Assembly (NCBI RefSeq): GCF_006345805.1
Contig: NC_043006.1
Coordinates: forward strand, 89,404,001-89,468,000
Origin: Octopus sinensis
Lineage: Eukaryota
Reading direction: 5' to 3'
DNA length: 64,000 nt
Position 1 is the first letter of the stretch; every line of letters starts with the position of its first letter. Below are positions 37,881 to 50,653 of this stretch, one piece after another. A program made the translations under genes and the position numbers. The notes beneath the pieces are model-generated. The model searched no databases. It worked only from the letters and a program-made list of their open reading frames with translations, and was not told the origin of the DNA.

Positions 37881-39171
37881 ATGTCACCATCCTTTTATGA
37901 GGTTAACATAACCACTTCTAGTTTCCATCTATGACTTCCACTACCAATGTATTGATTGACCTGAAGCTATAGTACAAGATGCTTACTCAAAATGTCAAGA
38001 AGTGAGATGGAACCCCAAACCGTGTGGTTATGAAGCAAACTCCATATCCACATGGCTATGTCTGTGCCTGTCATTATAAATGTCTTCATTATTAATAAAT
38101 ACAAATTAAAGAAAGGTTAATTGTAGAAGTGCGGAAAAATGTTCTTTTGCATTAGATGTATTTTGAGAGGATTGTATGTGTTGCTGGACACCGAGAATCA
38201 AGCTGCAAAGCCTGGTCAAGTTGGTAGGGTTTTGTGATGGACATGCCACAAATTAATAATGATCAAACCAGATGCAATGTGTTGACTAAGGACCAATGAT
38301 GAAAGGGAACTGGAAAGCAGTGTTTGTGCACAACACACTTTGGGTAATGGTCTCATTCTTGTGAAGACAAAGGATTTTAAAGAAGGATGCCATGTATAGC
38401 TTTAGTGAAGCATACCATGGATAACGACTAATAGCAAAAGTGGATTTGAGCAGTGTTTTAGACTGTGGTCTTCTTCTTGTGAAGATGAGCGGATGTTAAA
38501 GACATTTATTCATCATCACCACCACTGCCACCATCGTCATCCACATTTCCATGCTTGCATAGGTCAAGTGGCATAGGTCAAGTTGAGACAAATTTTTTAT
38601 GGCTGGATGCCTTTCTTGTTGATTACCCTAAACTGTATTCAAGCAAGGTGATAATTCCCTGTTTTTCATGGAAAGTTGGACATAAATCATGCTTGCTTGC
38701 CCAATGTTAAGACAACGGGATTGTATTAATCAATCATTTACTATTTTATTATTTATAACATTATTAATTAAGGTGATTGATTGGCAAAAGTGGGAGAGTA
38801 TCAGAGGCCCAAAGATTTTGAGTTCAAATCCTGTCAGAGTCTCTTCCATCTTTCTTGAGTTAATAAGTACCACACATAAACTAGGGGCATTTCAATTTAT
38901 AAACTCTCTTTCTTCAAAAGTATGTTAACGTAAGATCAACAAGTAAATAAAGTTATTTCATACGTGTGTGTGTGTGTGTGCATGTGCACACATGTGCCAG
39001 TTATCTCAGAGAATATTTCAACCTAGATGCACTACAGTATAAAAGAACATTAAAATAGATTTCTTTCTCATCACACAAGAAAGAAGAAAACAAAACAAAA
39101 CTGGCATGAAAAATGTTATATTATAAATGACAAAATGGCCAAATTCTTCATTGTTTCTTTTCCGTTTTCAG

Positions 39172-39292
39172 TCAAGAATTTGACAAATCCAAAGCCGAGA
39201 AACCAATAAAAACATCTCAAAAACATACAGCAAACTTGTGCAAAGCAAAGATTCCACAGCTGATCAATGGAGTGACTTTGTGTTGGCATTAG
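39172..39292 (+). CDS. Weak candidate terminal exon ([39 protein letters not shown])
   Basis: Strong polypyrimidine acceptor tttcttttccgttttcag, 39 open codons then TAG, downstream AATAAA hexamers; no recognisable domain. Confidence 0.25.
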
Positions 39293-39409
39293 CCTTTGAC
39301 CTAGAGTCTGGCAGTTTCTTATTTATTTCTCCACATCTTTTTTTCTTGATTCAATACTTTTACCAATACATCTATATTGATTTTGTCTCTTCACAAGCTA
39401 TTCCACATT

Positions 39410-39586
39410 TACACATACATACATATACATACATATATATACATATATATATATACATATATATACATATATATATACATATATATATATATACATATAA
39501 TATACATATATATATACATATATATATATACATATATATATACATATATATATATATACATATATATACATATGATGATGATGATG

Positions 39587-39647
<61 letters not shown>
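39410..39647. repeat. (TA/TACA)n microsatellite
   Basis: Direct observation. Confidence 0.95.
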
Positions 39648-40446
39648 GAACCAACAATTTTTGCCTATTTCTTAAAAGCTATACTCTGCTCAGCTCACTA
39701 AAACACTGTCTTTTAATCCGCCAACCGAAAGAGAATACAAACAAAAATAAATAAAAGTAATAAATCAAAACAATACAAATAAAATTTTTTAAATGTATAA
39801 ATTTATGAGTAGAACTTATGTTTTACATCTTGTAATATTTATTCAACTTGTTTAATCAGTATTTCAGTTATTACAAGTTGAATACGTTGTCGACACTGAA
39901 CGAAGACTAAAACAATTTTAGTTCTAATTACCAACTATTGAGACACAGAATTTTTAAAAACCACACCCCTACATATATTATAGACACACACACACACATA
40001 TATTATTCACTTTGCTTTTCAAATCAGTTTCCACAGTATTTTTACAAGCTATATTAACAGTGAAAAATACTGTCAGTTATTACTTTCCTCAAAGATTTGA
40101 TGCAATCGTTTTTATCTGAATATAATTTTTTTTGCCCTTTTGGTTGTTTTATTTATTATTATTATTATTATTATCATTATTATTATTACTATTATTATTC
40201 CTCCTTTGATGTTATAGTTACATCTTTCAGATTCATACATCTTTTACCTTATTCATACAGCTTCTCATAATTACAGTATTCATAACATGTTTATCTCATT
40301 TATGTTTTTCATATATTTTCACCTCATTCATCCACATTTAGTAAAATTCAGTAGTCCTTAATAGACGTTACTCCTACTGAAAAAAGAAACAAAATTGAAA
40401 AAAAAAACAATAAAAACTAGTACTATATATATATATATATATATAA

Positions 40447-40606
40447 ATAATAAATAAAATATATGCATACATACATTCATATATGTACGTACCTACATCT
40501 ACATGCATATATACATGCACATATAAATATATATATATATGTGAGTACGTACTCACATATATATTTATATGTGCATGTATATATACATGTAGATGTAGTT
40601 ACATAC

Positions 40607-40639
<33 letters not shown>

Positions 40640-40663
40640 TGTATGCATATATTTTATTTATTA
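40447..40663. repeat. Spacer-less palindrome centred at 40548/40549
   Basis: GTGAGTAC|GTACTCAC centre; arms include CTACATCTACATG / CATGTAGATGTAG and ATAAATAAAATATATGCATAC / GTATGCATATATTTTATTTAT. Confidence 0.9.
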
Positions 40664-40859
40664 ATTTATTGCATGACTGAGCGCCCTTGCGTCGTTTCGT
40701 TTCTTTTCTGTTCTCCAAGTAAGTTTTTATATATATATATATATATATATACCACATACTTATATTTATATGTATATGCATACACATACAATATGTGAGT
40801 ATATATACACAAATATACATATATATATTTCTGTCTATCTACCTAACTATCTATCTATA

Positions 40860-41250
40860 TCATCATCATCATTTAATGTCTGTTGTCCATGCTGGCATGG
40901 GTTGGACAGTTTGACCGGGCTGGCATACTGGAAGGTTGCACCAGACTCCAGTATGATTTGGCATGGTTTTCTATGGCTGGATGCCCTTCCTAATGCCAAC
41001 CACTCCAAGAGTGTAATGGGTGCTTTTACGTGCCACTGGTATGGGTGCCATTTGCATGACACCAAGGTGCATTTATGTGCTAATTTGTGTGACACCGGTA
41101 TCTGCCATGATTGTGATTTTGCTCAAGCACTACATACTGCCAAAGGTCTTGGTCATTGCCTCCATGAAGCCCAGCACTCGAAAGGAACTAAGCCATTTTG
41201 CCTCAGTGTAGGCCCAACACTCAAAAGAGAACTCAGCCACTTTGCCTCAC
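40860..41250 (-). mobile_element. RTE 3' UTR fragment
   Basis: (CAT)n, CCATGCTGGCATGGGTTGGAC, ATGGCTGGATGCCCTTCCTAATGCCAACCAC, 39-bp unit remnants. Confidence 0.85.
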
Positions 41251-41437
41251 ATACATATATGTATAAATGTGTATAGGTGTATTAGTAACATATTATTTAG
41301 GCTCTAGGACTGAAGAAATTTGAAACTAAAATTGCAACATTATTTCTCTAACTAAGCACAGGCATGTTGCCCCAAAGATTTTTTCTTCCTAGAATCTGAA
41401 AACATTATCCTGAATTTCTTTCCAGTTCTACAAGCAC

Positions 41438-44400
41438 AGAGCTGGCACAATCAATGTTGTCACTATGAAAGGTAGGTCTAGAGAGATAGTTGAGATGCTT
41501 GAGCAGAGACATGTAGATGTATGCTGTCCAAGAAGTATGATAGAGTTAGACAGTTTATGGGCAAAGGGCATAGATACAAATTGTTATGGGTAGGCAGCAA
41601 TGAAGGCCAAGGTGACATAGGTACTCTCCTAGTACCTATGTGTACCTAGTGTGGATAAGGTGATTGAGGTAGTCAGGATATGTGATGGGATTATTTGTTT
41701 GATGTAACTGTGTCAGTTATTTCTGCATATTCTCCACATGCTAGACTTGCAGATACTCAGAAGGACCACTTCTACGAATCTCTTCTCAGGACTACCTCAA
41801 CAATGAAAGACAACGATGTTCTCATCATAGCAGTGGACTTCAATGGACATATTGGAAAACACTGCAATGGATTTCAGTGTGTGCATGACAGCTATGGCTT
41901 TCACTCCAGAAATGAATGGCAAGGCTGCTGGAGATTTGCGATGCTCGTGGTTTACTGGTCTGCAACACCAGCTTCAGAAAACAGGTCAACCATCTGATCA
42001 CTTATCAATCTGGGGGATACACCAACCTGATTGACTACATCCTCCCTAGACACAGAGATAGATATATGCTCACAAATGCAAAATATTTCCCAGAGAAAGA
42101 ATGTACAACTCAACATAAGCTAGTGGTTAGTGACTTCAGGCTTAGGGCCAGAAAGATCCCAAGATGCAATCCAATATGGAAAAGGAGGTTGTGGAAGCTC
42201 AAAGATCCTTTAAACAGGCAGAGATTTAGAGATGTCCTTAATGAGGCCTTCAATGAAAAAGAGGGAGACATAGAGACATATGATGTAGAGGACATCTGGA
42301 AGTTCCTACAGGACAATCTACTAAGGACAACAGACCAAATTTGCGGTTGGAGCAAAGCCTCTGCCAGACCAAGGGTGATGGAGTAGTAGAACAGTAACAT
42401 TCACAGAGGGGGCAGCAACAAAGAATCATATCAAAAGGCTGAAAGGGAGGCTGGACATCAATCTGTTTAGCTAGAGTAGAAGCAGAAAAGAAGAGGTTTG
42501 CCAAAGTGTGAAGATCAAAGATTTGATGTGATTCAGATTGCTAGACAGTGTCAGTGAGAATTGAGAGGGTGTAGAAGAGAGGTGTGTGTGGATGGGTAAT
42601 GAAATGCTTGCACTTAGGGATGTGGACAAGAAAGAGGTGTGGAAAAGTTACTATGCAAGACTGTTGATTGTAGAGAATGAATGGGACAAAGGGGAGTCTC
42701 CCTCATATGAACTCAACAGAGGAACCAGCTATCTTATAGTGGACAACAGTATGGTAGATAATGCAATGAAATACATGAAAACTTGGAAAGCCCCTGGTCC
42801 ATCCAGAATCACAGCTGAGATGTTCATAATATTCAGTAAGATAGGACAGGCTAGTCATTGGCATAGCTAATCAGGTCATTCAGGAATATATAATACCCAG
42901 TGGCTGGCATAGTAGCATAATTGTTAGCTGCTACCAGAGTAAGGGTGATGCTTTAGATAGAAGCAATTATAATATAATATAATGAAATTATTGTATACAG
43001 TGCTCAGATGCACCACAATTTGTCAAAAGTGCATATAAAGTATATGCAGTAATGTACAAATGCCTGGAAAGCAAACAGTGTATGAGTCAGATACATGCTT
43101 GCGTGTGTATAGAGGGGAGAAAATCAGGTGTAGTGTTGGCGAATCTCAGGAAGCATGGAAGTTTTGAAGGATGCAGTGCTCCAACAACTAACAAATGATG
43201 CCGGCAGTCTGTTCCATGCTTCAGCAACTCTTAGCGTGAAAAAATGTTTCCGAAAGTCATGGGAGCTGTGCTGTTTTCTGACTTTGTAAACATGTCCATG
43301 GGTATTAGACAGGTGGAGTTTGAAAAGGCGCTCAGAGTTATTGTTTGTAAGATGGTTAATAATTTTATGGGTGTCTGCCAAGTCAGCTGCCAGACATCGG
43401 AGTTTCAATGTGTCCATGCCCAGTAAAGTAAGGCATTCAGAATACAGCAAATGTCTGATGGAGGGTATTCTCTTGGTTGTACGTCACTGAACGGCTTCCA
43501 GACGATTAATATCCTGGGCAAGATAGGGGTTCCAGACCGGTGATGCAAAATCCAGGTGAGGTCGTACCATAGCTATACAGAGCCACAGATAGATAGCCAG
43601 AGAGTGGCTCACAAAGGACTTGGTGAGTGATGCCAAGACACCCTCAGCCTTCTTGGCAATTTTAGCGAAGTGTTTTGTCTGACTCAAATCGCTGTTGACA
43701 ATAATGTCCAGGTCACGTTCACAAGAAAACGCAAATTGCTGTCGACAATATAGAGGCATCAAACTCCTGGACCAGGTGATGAAAATTATGGATAGAGTTA
43801 TAGCCCAATTGATTAGAAGCAGAATTAAGTTAGAAAAAGTGCAGTTTGGCTTCGTCTGGGGAAGGAGCACTACTGACACTAATTTGATAGTCAGGCAACT
43901 GCAAGAGAAGTACTTAGCTAAGAATAAACCCTTATACTTGGGATCTAGAGAAAGTCTTCAATAGAGTGCCCTCGTGTGTGATATGGGAGGCTCTGAGGAG
44001 GCTAGGGATATATGAATGGCTGATGAAAGCTCTATAGACCATGTACAAAGATGCTGTCAGTAAGGTGAGGGTTAAACATGAATACAACATCAGCAGCCCC
44101 TGGGAACAACAGAGAAAGGTAAGGGTTCATGAAAGCTCAGTCCTTAGTTCCCTCCTTAGTCCTCTAGGCCATAACAGAGGAAGTCAACATCAGCAGCCCC
44201 TGGGAACTACTATATGGTGATGATCTTGCCCTCATAGCAGGTTCCAAATCAGAAATAGATGAGAAATTCCAAGTGTGGAAGCAAAACCTGGAATCTAAGG
44301 GCCTCAAGGTTAACTTAGCAAACACAAAGTTCCTAATAAGCAAGAAAGCTCCATATGGTGTACCCAGTGCAAGCTATGGACACACAAGAGATGCAGTAGA

Positions 44401-45236
44401 TTCACAGGAGGTTTATCAGAAAAGATAGTTAGTGTATGTAGAAGATGCACAAGATCCATAAAACTCGGGAAATTGATTCTCTCAAATGCCTCAGAAGCTT
44501 GTTAGAGGTAGTTAAATCATTTCTGCTACTTAGGGGACCAAATTAGTAGCGTGGAGTATGTACAGAGAGTGTAATAGCTAGAATAAGAATAGGATGGAGG
44601 AAATTCAGAGAGCTGTTACCTTTGTTGGCCACGAAAGGTTTCTCTCTCTGGGTGAAAGGGAAGATTGCATGATGCATGTATACAGACAGCAATTCTACAT
44701 GGGCCCTGAATGCAGAGGATATGTGAAGGTTAAAAACAAACGAGGGTAGTCTGCTCCACTGGATGCATAATGTAAGTGTACATATTTGACAGAGTGCTAG
44801 TGTTTTGAGAGAGAAGTTAGGCATAAGAGGTTTGGTCAGGTGATGCGGATGGATGCTGACAGCTCCATAAAGAAGTGCTCATCTCTCAAAGTAGATGGAA
44901 CACATGGAAGTGGGAGACCCAGGAAGACAAGGGATGAAGTACTGAAGTATGACCTCAGGACACTGGACCTTTCAGGCAAGATGACAAAGGACTGAGATTC
45001 CTGGTGCTTTACTGTACTCAAGAAGACCCATACTCTGTAGCAGAAGTGTTAAGACTGGTCTCTCTGGTGGTGAAAAGCACCCTGCACACTCTGTAAAGTG
45101 GTTGGCATTAGGAAGGACATCCAGCCATAGAAACCATGCAAAATCAGACTGGAGTCTGGTGCAGCTCCCCTGCTTGCCAGCTTTGGTCAAACCGTCCAAC
45201 TCATGCCAGCATGGACAACAGATGATGGATGATGAT
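41438..45236 (+). mobile_element. Near full-length degenerate RTE-clade LINE (APE endonuclease + RT), interrupted by CR1
   Basis: GTINVVTMKGRSREIVEML..VDVCC; SAYSP; VDFNGHIG; ITYQSGG..IDYIL; QHKLVVSDF; KAPGPS; KGDALDRSNY|RGIKLL; QFGF..QLQEKY; LLYGDDLAL (~44207-44233); GRPRKT; family 3' end. Confidence 0.92.
42971..43746 (-). mobile_element. 5'-truncated CR1-clade LINE nested in the RTE
   Basis: ERDLDIIVNSDL..MVRPHLDFASPVWNPY..DINRLEAVQ; HFFTLRVAEAWNRLP; 3' UTR shared with 23395-23748. Confidence 0.92.
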
Positions 45237-46473
45237 AAATGAAGTAAAACATCTAAAATATTGTCTATGTTATACAGGTTAGTAATGACAATGATGTGAT
45301 ACAAGAAAATATCTCAATGAATGTTATGAAGAAAGCAACATTCAGGTTAAATGTAGGTGGGTACATTGTATATGAGTGTGAAATGGAATAACAAAGAATG
45401 TGACCTAATTCTTTATTGAAATATCTAACCTTTTCTTGTAGTGTACTAATAGCAAAAACATATCTACAAAACCCAAAGGTAAAAGGGCAAAAGTCAGTTT
45501 AGGAAAATTCATAATCTTCTAAGAAGCTATTAGAAACTGTAGGGGTGGAGAGGAATTGAAATGGATCCACTGAGAATTGAACTTGAGTGTGTATGGTAAG
45601 TAATAATAATGAACTTATTGTATAGAGTGCTCGGGTGCTGCACTACAACACATCAGAAAAAATAGCCAAAAGTACATGAACAGTAAATAGAATAATGCAG
45701 AGGAAGTGAACAGGGAATGAGTTATTTAAAAAAAACTGTTGCACTCATAAATGCAAGAGCATAGTTTCAATTTCCAAGCTGGGTGGAGCTTTGTGCTTTT
45801 GAGGTAAATGCTTCATTTCAAATTGCTCCAGTCCACTCAGCTGTAAATAAGGAACTCTGCAATGGACTGGCATTCAATTTAGAGTGGAATGTTGTGACCT
45901 TGGTCACTATTATATGTCTTGGATACTAGGTAACAATGAATCAATGAATTCTATGGTTTGATTGAGAACTCCAACTGCTACTGTATTCTAGATTACCATC
46001 CCTTTTGTGCATGTAGCACTAGAGACTGGAGCATGTCTGTGAGTGACTGTGAAAAGTGCTTCATGCTCTCTTGTGCTTACTTGTTTACAATAGTTAATCA
46101 TTTTAAGCAAGCAATGTACTCTGTGATTATAGGAGCATTCAGACGTGTAAAATAATTTTAAAGTATTAACAGAAAATATTCCAGGGATTCAATTTGTTAA
46201 TTAACTAATAACTTCATTTAATGCTAAATAATTTCATAAATATATGGCAAGAGCTAACAAAGAGTGTCAGCAGCCGTTACCATATAAGGAATGCAGAAGC
46301 TTATTCATAGTTTCAGCGTTGCTGCTTTCAGCAGAGTGTAACCATTTTATCAGTTTTATCACTGCTATAATCACATAGAAATATCTTCGCTCATTCAGTG
46401 TTAAATTTAGCAAGGATGTGGCCATTAATAGGCAATGAGTAAAAAAACGATTGATAATAAGTGATGATTGTGG

Positions 46474-46504
<31 letters not shown>

Positions 46505-47410
46505 AATGGTGGTGGTGGTAGTAGTAGTAGTGTTAAATGTGGTGATAGTGGTTAGTGGTGATAGATTTAGTGTTGATAAAAAAAAAAAGATAAATAATAT
46601 AAAAATGTAAAGGAGCAGCAAACAATTTCATGCTTACTTTAGAATTTGTGAAAATTATAGAAGATTGAGAGATTATCAATGCTGGATTATCCATGCTGGA
46701 TTGGTTTGAAATGAAGAAGTGCAGCAAAGGGAAGATGGCACTTCTATACCTTCATTGCCATTATATTTTCTCTGTCTGTCTGTCTGTCTGACTACCTTGC
46801 TATACAGGTATTGATGCACTGATGAACATACATACGACAATGACAATTAGCTTTCTCTCTTTCAAATGAAGCTACAAATGGTTTACTGATACAAACCAAG
46901 AGCTTTGTCTCCATAAATATTGCTATTATTTCTCAGATAATCCCCAGGTCCTTTAGTTCCCATCCTCACCCTACCAACAAGATGTGCTATTTTTACTAAC
47001 ATTGAATAAGTGAAGTATCAAACCTTGATTCAGTGGAATCAGACAATTAAGGTTTTACTAGGAAGTGTAGAAGACATTGTAATTATATGTCTAATGATAA
47101 ACAATACAAATTACATTTGTTTACATTGTCTATGCCTATCACATTACACCTTTACAGCATGACTAAAATTTGTGTTGTTTATCACGAAATATATATATAT
47201 ATATACATAGGCCCAAGTATAGTGGTGTGGTTAAGAAGTTCACTCCACATTCACACAAGTTTGGGTTCAATCTCACAATGTGGCACTTTGGAACTCAGAA
47301 TATAAAGAATCAGAAGAAATAAAGCAAGGTATTTAATCCAAAAGTTTAACAATTCTACAAGTTCACCACCTCATCATTAATTAATAATTATGGAAAGTTA
47401 ATAAGACATA

Positions 47411-48704
47411 CGAAGGGCGTTCAATAAGTAATGCCCCTGACCCACTTCCCATAGCAGTAGAGCAACGAAACTTGGCACAGTTATTAGTCTTTTTCTACAT
47501 AGGAACCACCCAGAGTTACGCATTTCTCCCATCGTTTGATGCGGCTCTGGAGACCGTTTTTGTAGAAGAACCCAGCTTGGTCCTCCAACCTCAACGTGAC
47601 TTCAGAAATCAAGGCTGCATCATCTGGGAAATGCTTTCCTTTCAAAAACAACTTCATGATTGGGAAGAGGTGAAAATCAGAGGGTGCAAGGTCAGGAAAG
47701 TAAGGGGGATGGGGAGGAGTTCATAGCCATATGCCTGTGCTTCTGATCTGGCGACAAGTGAGTTGTGGACCGGGGCATTGTCCTGCAGGAGGAGGATGCC
47801 TTTGCTGATCTTGCCCCGCCTCTTGATTTTGATAACTTCTCTTAATTTCCTCAAAAGTGAAGCATAATAGGCTCCTGCAATTGTGGTACCCTTTGCCAGG
47901 AAATCTGTCATCACTACTCCGTCCTGGTCCCAGAAGACTGTGAGCATGACCTTGCCAGTGGAGGGCTGCACCCTTGCCTTCTTTGGAGGGGGTGAATCAT
48001 GGTGCTTCCACTGCATTGACTGGGCTTTGGTCTCTGGATCATCGTGATGGACCCAGGTTTCATCCTGTGTAATCAGTCTTTTGAAAAATTTTGACTCATC
48101 TTCTTGGCACATCTCCAAATTCACCCTCGAGGACTCGACGCGTTCTTGCTTCTGGAAAGGCGTGAGCAACCTGGGAATCCATCTGGCAGACACTTTTTGC
48201 ATATGCAAATGGTCATGAATGATAGTTTCCACAGACCCGGTACTAATCTTGACCTCATGGGCTATTTGGCGAATAATTATGCGTCGATCTTCCAAAATGG
48301 CAGCCTCAACTTGATGGACAGATGCCTCATCAATGGCAGAAGGGGGCGACCAGATCTGGGAGCTGTTTCCACAGAGTTCCGACCATGTTTGAATTCACGA
48401 TGCCAGCGTTTTACAAGGTCATATGATGGGGCATTATCACCATAAGTTACTTTCATTTCAACAAAAGTCTCCCGTGGTGTGCGTCCTTTCAAATACAAAA
48501 ACCGGATCACTGCTCGACACTCAACAGGCTCCATTTCACACTTGACTCGGTTCAAACACCTGTAAATCAGAAACCACAATTAATTCAGAGCTGTAATTTG
48601 CCACTTACTCCTCTATAGAGATATAAATGATTGCACATGCAAAATTTCAGCTAGATCAAACAACTGCAAGTGAGTCAGAGGCATTACTTATTGAACGTCC
48701 CTCG
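47411..48704 (-). mobile_element. Full-length mariner transposon (1294 bp), TA target duplication
   Basis: TIRs CGAAGGGCGTTCAATAAGTAATGCCCCTGACCCACTT vs rc CGAGGGACGTTCAATAAGTAATGCCTCTGACTCACTT (37 bp, 4 mismatches); TA at 47409-10 and 48705-06. Confidence 0.97.
47484..48534 (-). pseudogene. DD34D mariner transposase with two frameshifts
   Basis: MEPVECRAVIRFLYLKG..RSGRP; ARWIPRLL; TQDETW; QDNAPVH; (H)PPYFPDLAPSD; ends GSYVEKD*; frameshifts near 48340 and 47711. Confidence 0.95.
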
Positions 48705-49242
48705 TAATAAATGCAATCTAAACTATACGTCATATCAATGTTGGTATATCCAGTGTTCTTGCTGAATTGCAGTCAATGGAATTATACAGCAGAAGATACT
48801 TTACCAATTCTTATATTTTGCTACATTAAAACATCAGTCTTCAGACAGTTTTGCATTTATTTCTATTTTCTTTCTTACTAATGCAACAAAAATATTGTGA
48901 TTTTTTTTGTGTGGTTTATCTTTCTGTGTTCTTATACAGATGTTATTTCTCTAATTAAAACACATTCAAAATTATTACAAAAATGAGTGATTAAATTATA
49001 AAATGATTTTGTTCTTATATTTTTGTCTTTTGTTTTTACTTAACACTCTAATTTTGATTATTGTAATTTTTATTTTCACAAGAGATAGCATTTCATCAAT
49101 AAATATAAGAATTTCAAAGAATCCTTTTCTTTATTATCTTTATATTAGGATTATCTAAGATACCAAATATTTTACTAAATTTTCACACCTGTAGAAACCT
49201 TTAAATCTCTTTCCCTTTTTCTATTTTCTCTTTATTTAAAAA

Positions 49243-49300
49243 CTAGCAGTATAGCCCGGCGTTGCTCGGGTTTGTTTTCTTTTTGACTCTTTAGAATTGG
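49243..49300 (-). mobile_element. Helitron 3' terminus
   Basis: Minus strand CCCGAGCAACGCCGGG hairpin followed by CTATACTGCTAG|T; upstream extent unclear. Confidence 0.6.
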
Positions 49301-49474
49301 AATTTGTATTTCGTCACTCACTTGTCCTCCAATTCAAATGTATTCAAATTAATGCTATATACTTCTATGTTACTTTTTCTTTTTTTATAATATTCTATTT
49401 TTGAACTTCTATAGTCTTTTGTCCATATATATCTTTATTTTTTTAGGTTTAGAGGTTCATACACATATAGTTAC

Positions 49475-50380
49475 ATCATCATCATCATCATTGTTTAACA
49501 TCCATTTTCCATGCTGGCATGGGTTCGACAGGAGTTGGCCAGCTGCAGAGCTGTCCTGACTCCAATTATCTGTTGTGGCATAGTTTCTACAGCTGGATGC
49601 CCTTCCAAATGCCAACCACTTTACAGAGTGTGCTGGATGCTTTTTTTACATGGCACCAGCATAGGTTCATTTGTGTGGCACTGGCAAGAATGGCATCCTA
49701 CATGGCACCTGTGGAGGACACGCCTGTGTGTATGGATGACCATGATTTTACTTAGCTTGACACATCTTCTGAAGAGAACCAAATCTTCACAACTTCTGGT
49801 CCCTTATCATTTCTGCAGTGAGGCCCAGCGTCTGAAGATCCTTTCTCACCACTTTCTTCCACGCCTTCCTGGGTTTACCCATTCTACAGATTTCCTCCAC
49901 AATTAGAGATCAGCACTTCTTTACGCAGCCTTCTTCACCCATATGCAGTCTTTGCTCTTGCACACAACATCTGATGCCCCTTATACACATTTCCCCCCTT
50001 AAATCATTTATACTTTATTGTGTGCACGCACTGATATTATCCTTCTAGTGGAGCATGTTAGCTTCATTTCATTGAAGCCTTTGCAAGTCCTCTGTAGTCA
50101 TAGCCCAAGTTTCACTTCCATGTAGCATAGCGACATGGTAGTGAAACTCTCTGAACTTTGCCCAGCCTGTTTGTATTCTAGCAACTATTCTTTCAGAACT
50201 TCCTCCTCCACAGATAACTCAATCATCTAGATAACAGAAGCTATCCGTTACGTCCAATGATCCTGTGAACATTTGAGGAAATCTATTATCTGTGCATGTT
50301 TAGTGCTTATTGCAACTGCAGATTTGCTGCACAACAAACACTATTTTCTTCTTTAACCTTCCTGTGATACTGCTACATTG
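49475..50380 (-). mobile_element. RTE-clade LINE fragment
   Basis: (CAT)n tail, family 3' UTR, rc of RIQTGWAKFREF and AMLHGSETWA. Confidence 0.8.
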
Positions 50381-50429
50381 ACATGTGTATAAACAAGCAT
50401 GTGCATTTATCATCAACATCATCGTCATC

Positions 50430-50653
50430 ACCACCATCATCATTTAACGTCCATTGTCCATGCTGGCATGAGCTGGACAGTTTGACCAGGACTAGTAATC
50501 TGATGGGTTGCACCAGACTCAAGTCTCATTTGGTATAGTTTCTACAGCTGGATGCCCTTCCTAGTGCCAACCACTCTGAGAATGTAGTGGGTGCTTTCAC
50601 ATGACAGTTACATGACACTGGCATCAGCCACATTGCCTCCATGAGGCTGATAC

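Noticed and set aside
40672-40705. CGTTTCG near the palindrome as a possible hammerhead GAAAC half
   Set aside because: No correctly placed CUGANGA or stem I
39238-41276. YI/HI-rich ORFs
   Set aside because: TA/CA microsatellites and RTE UTR
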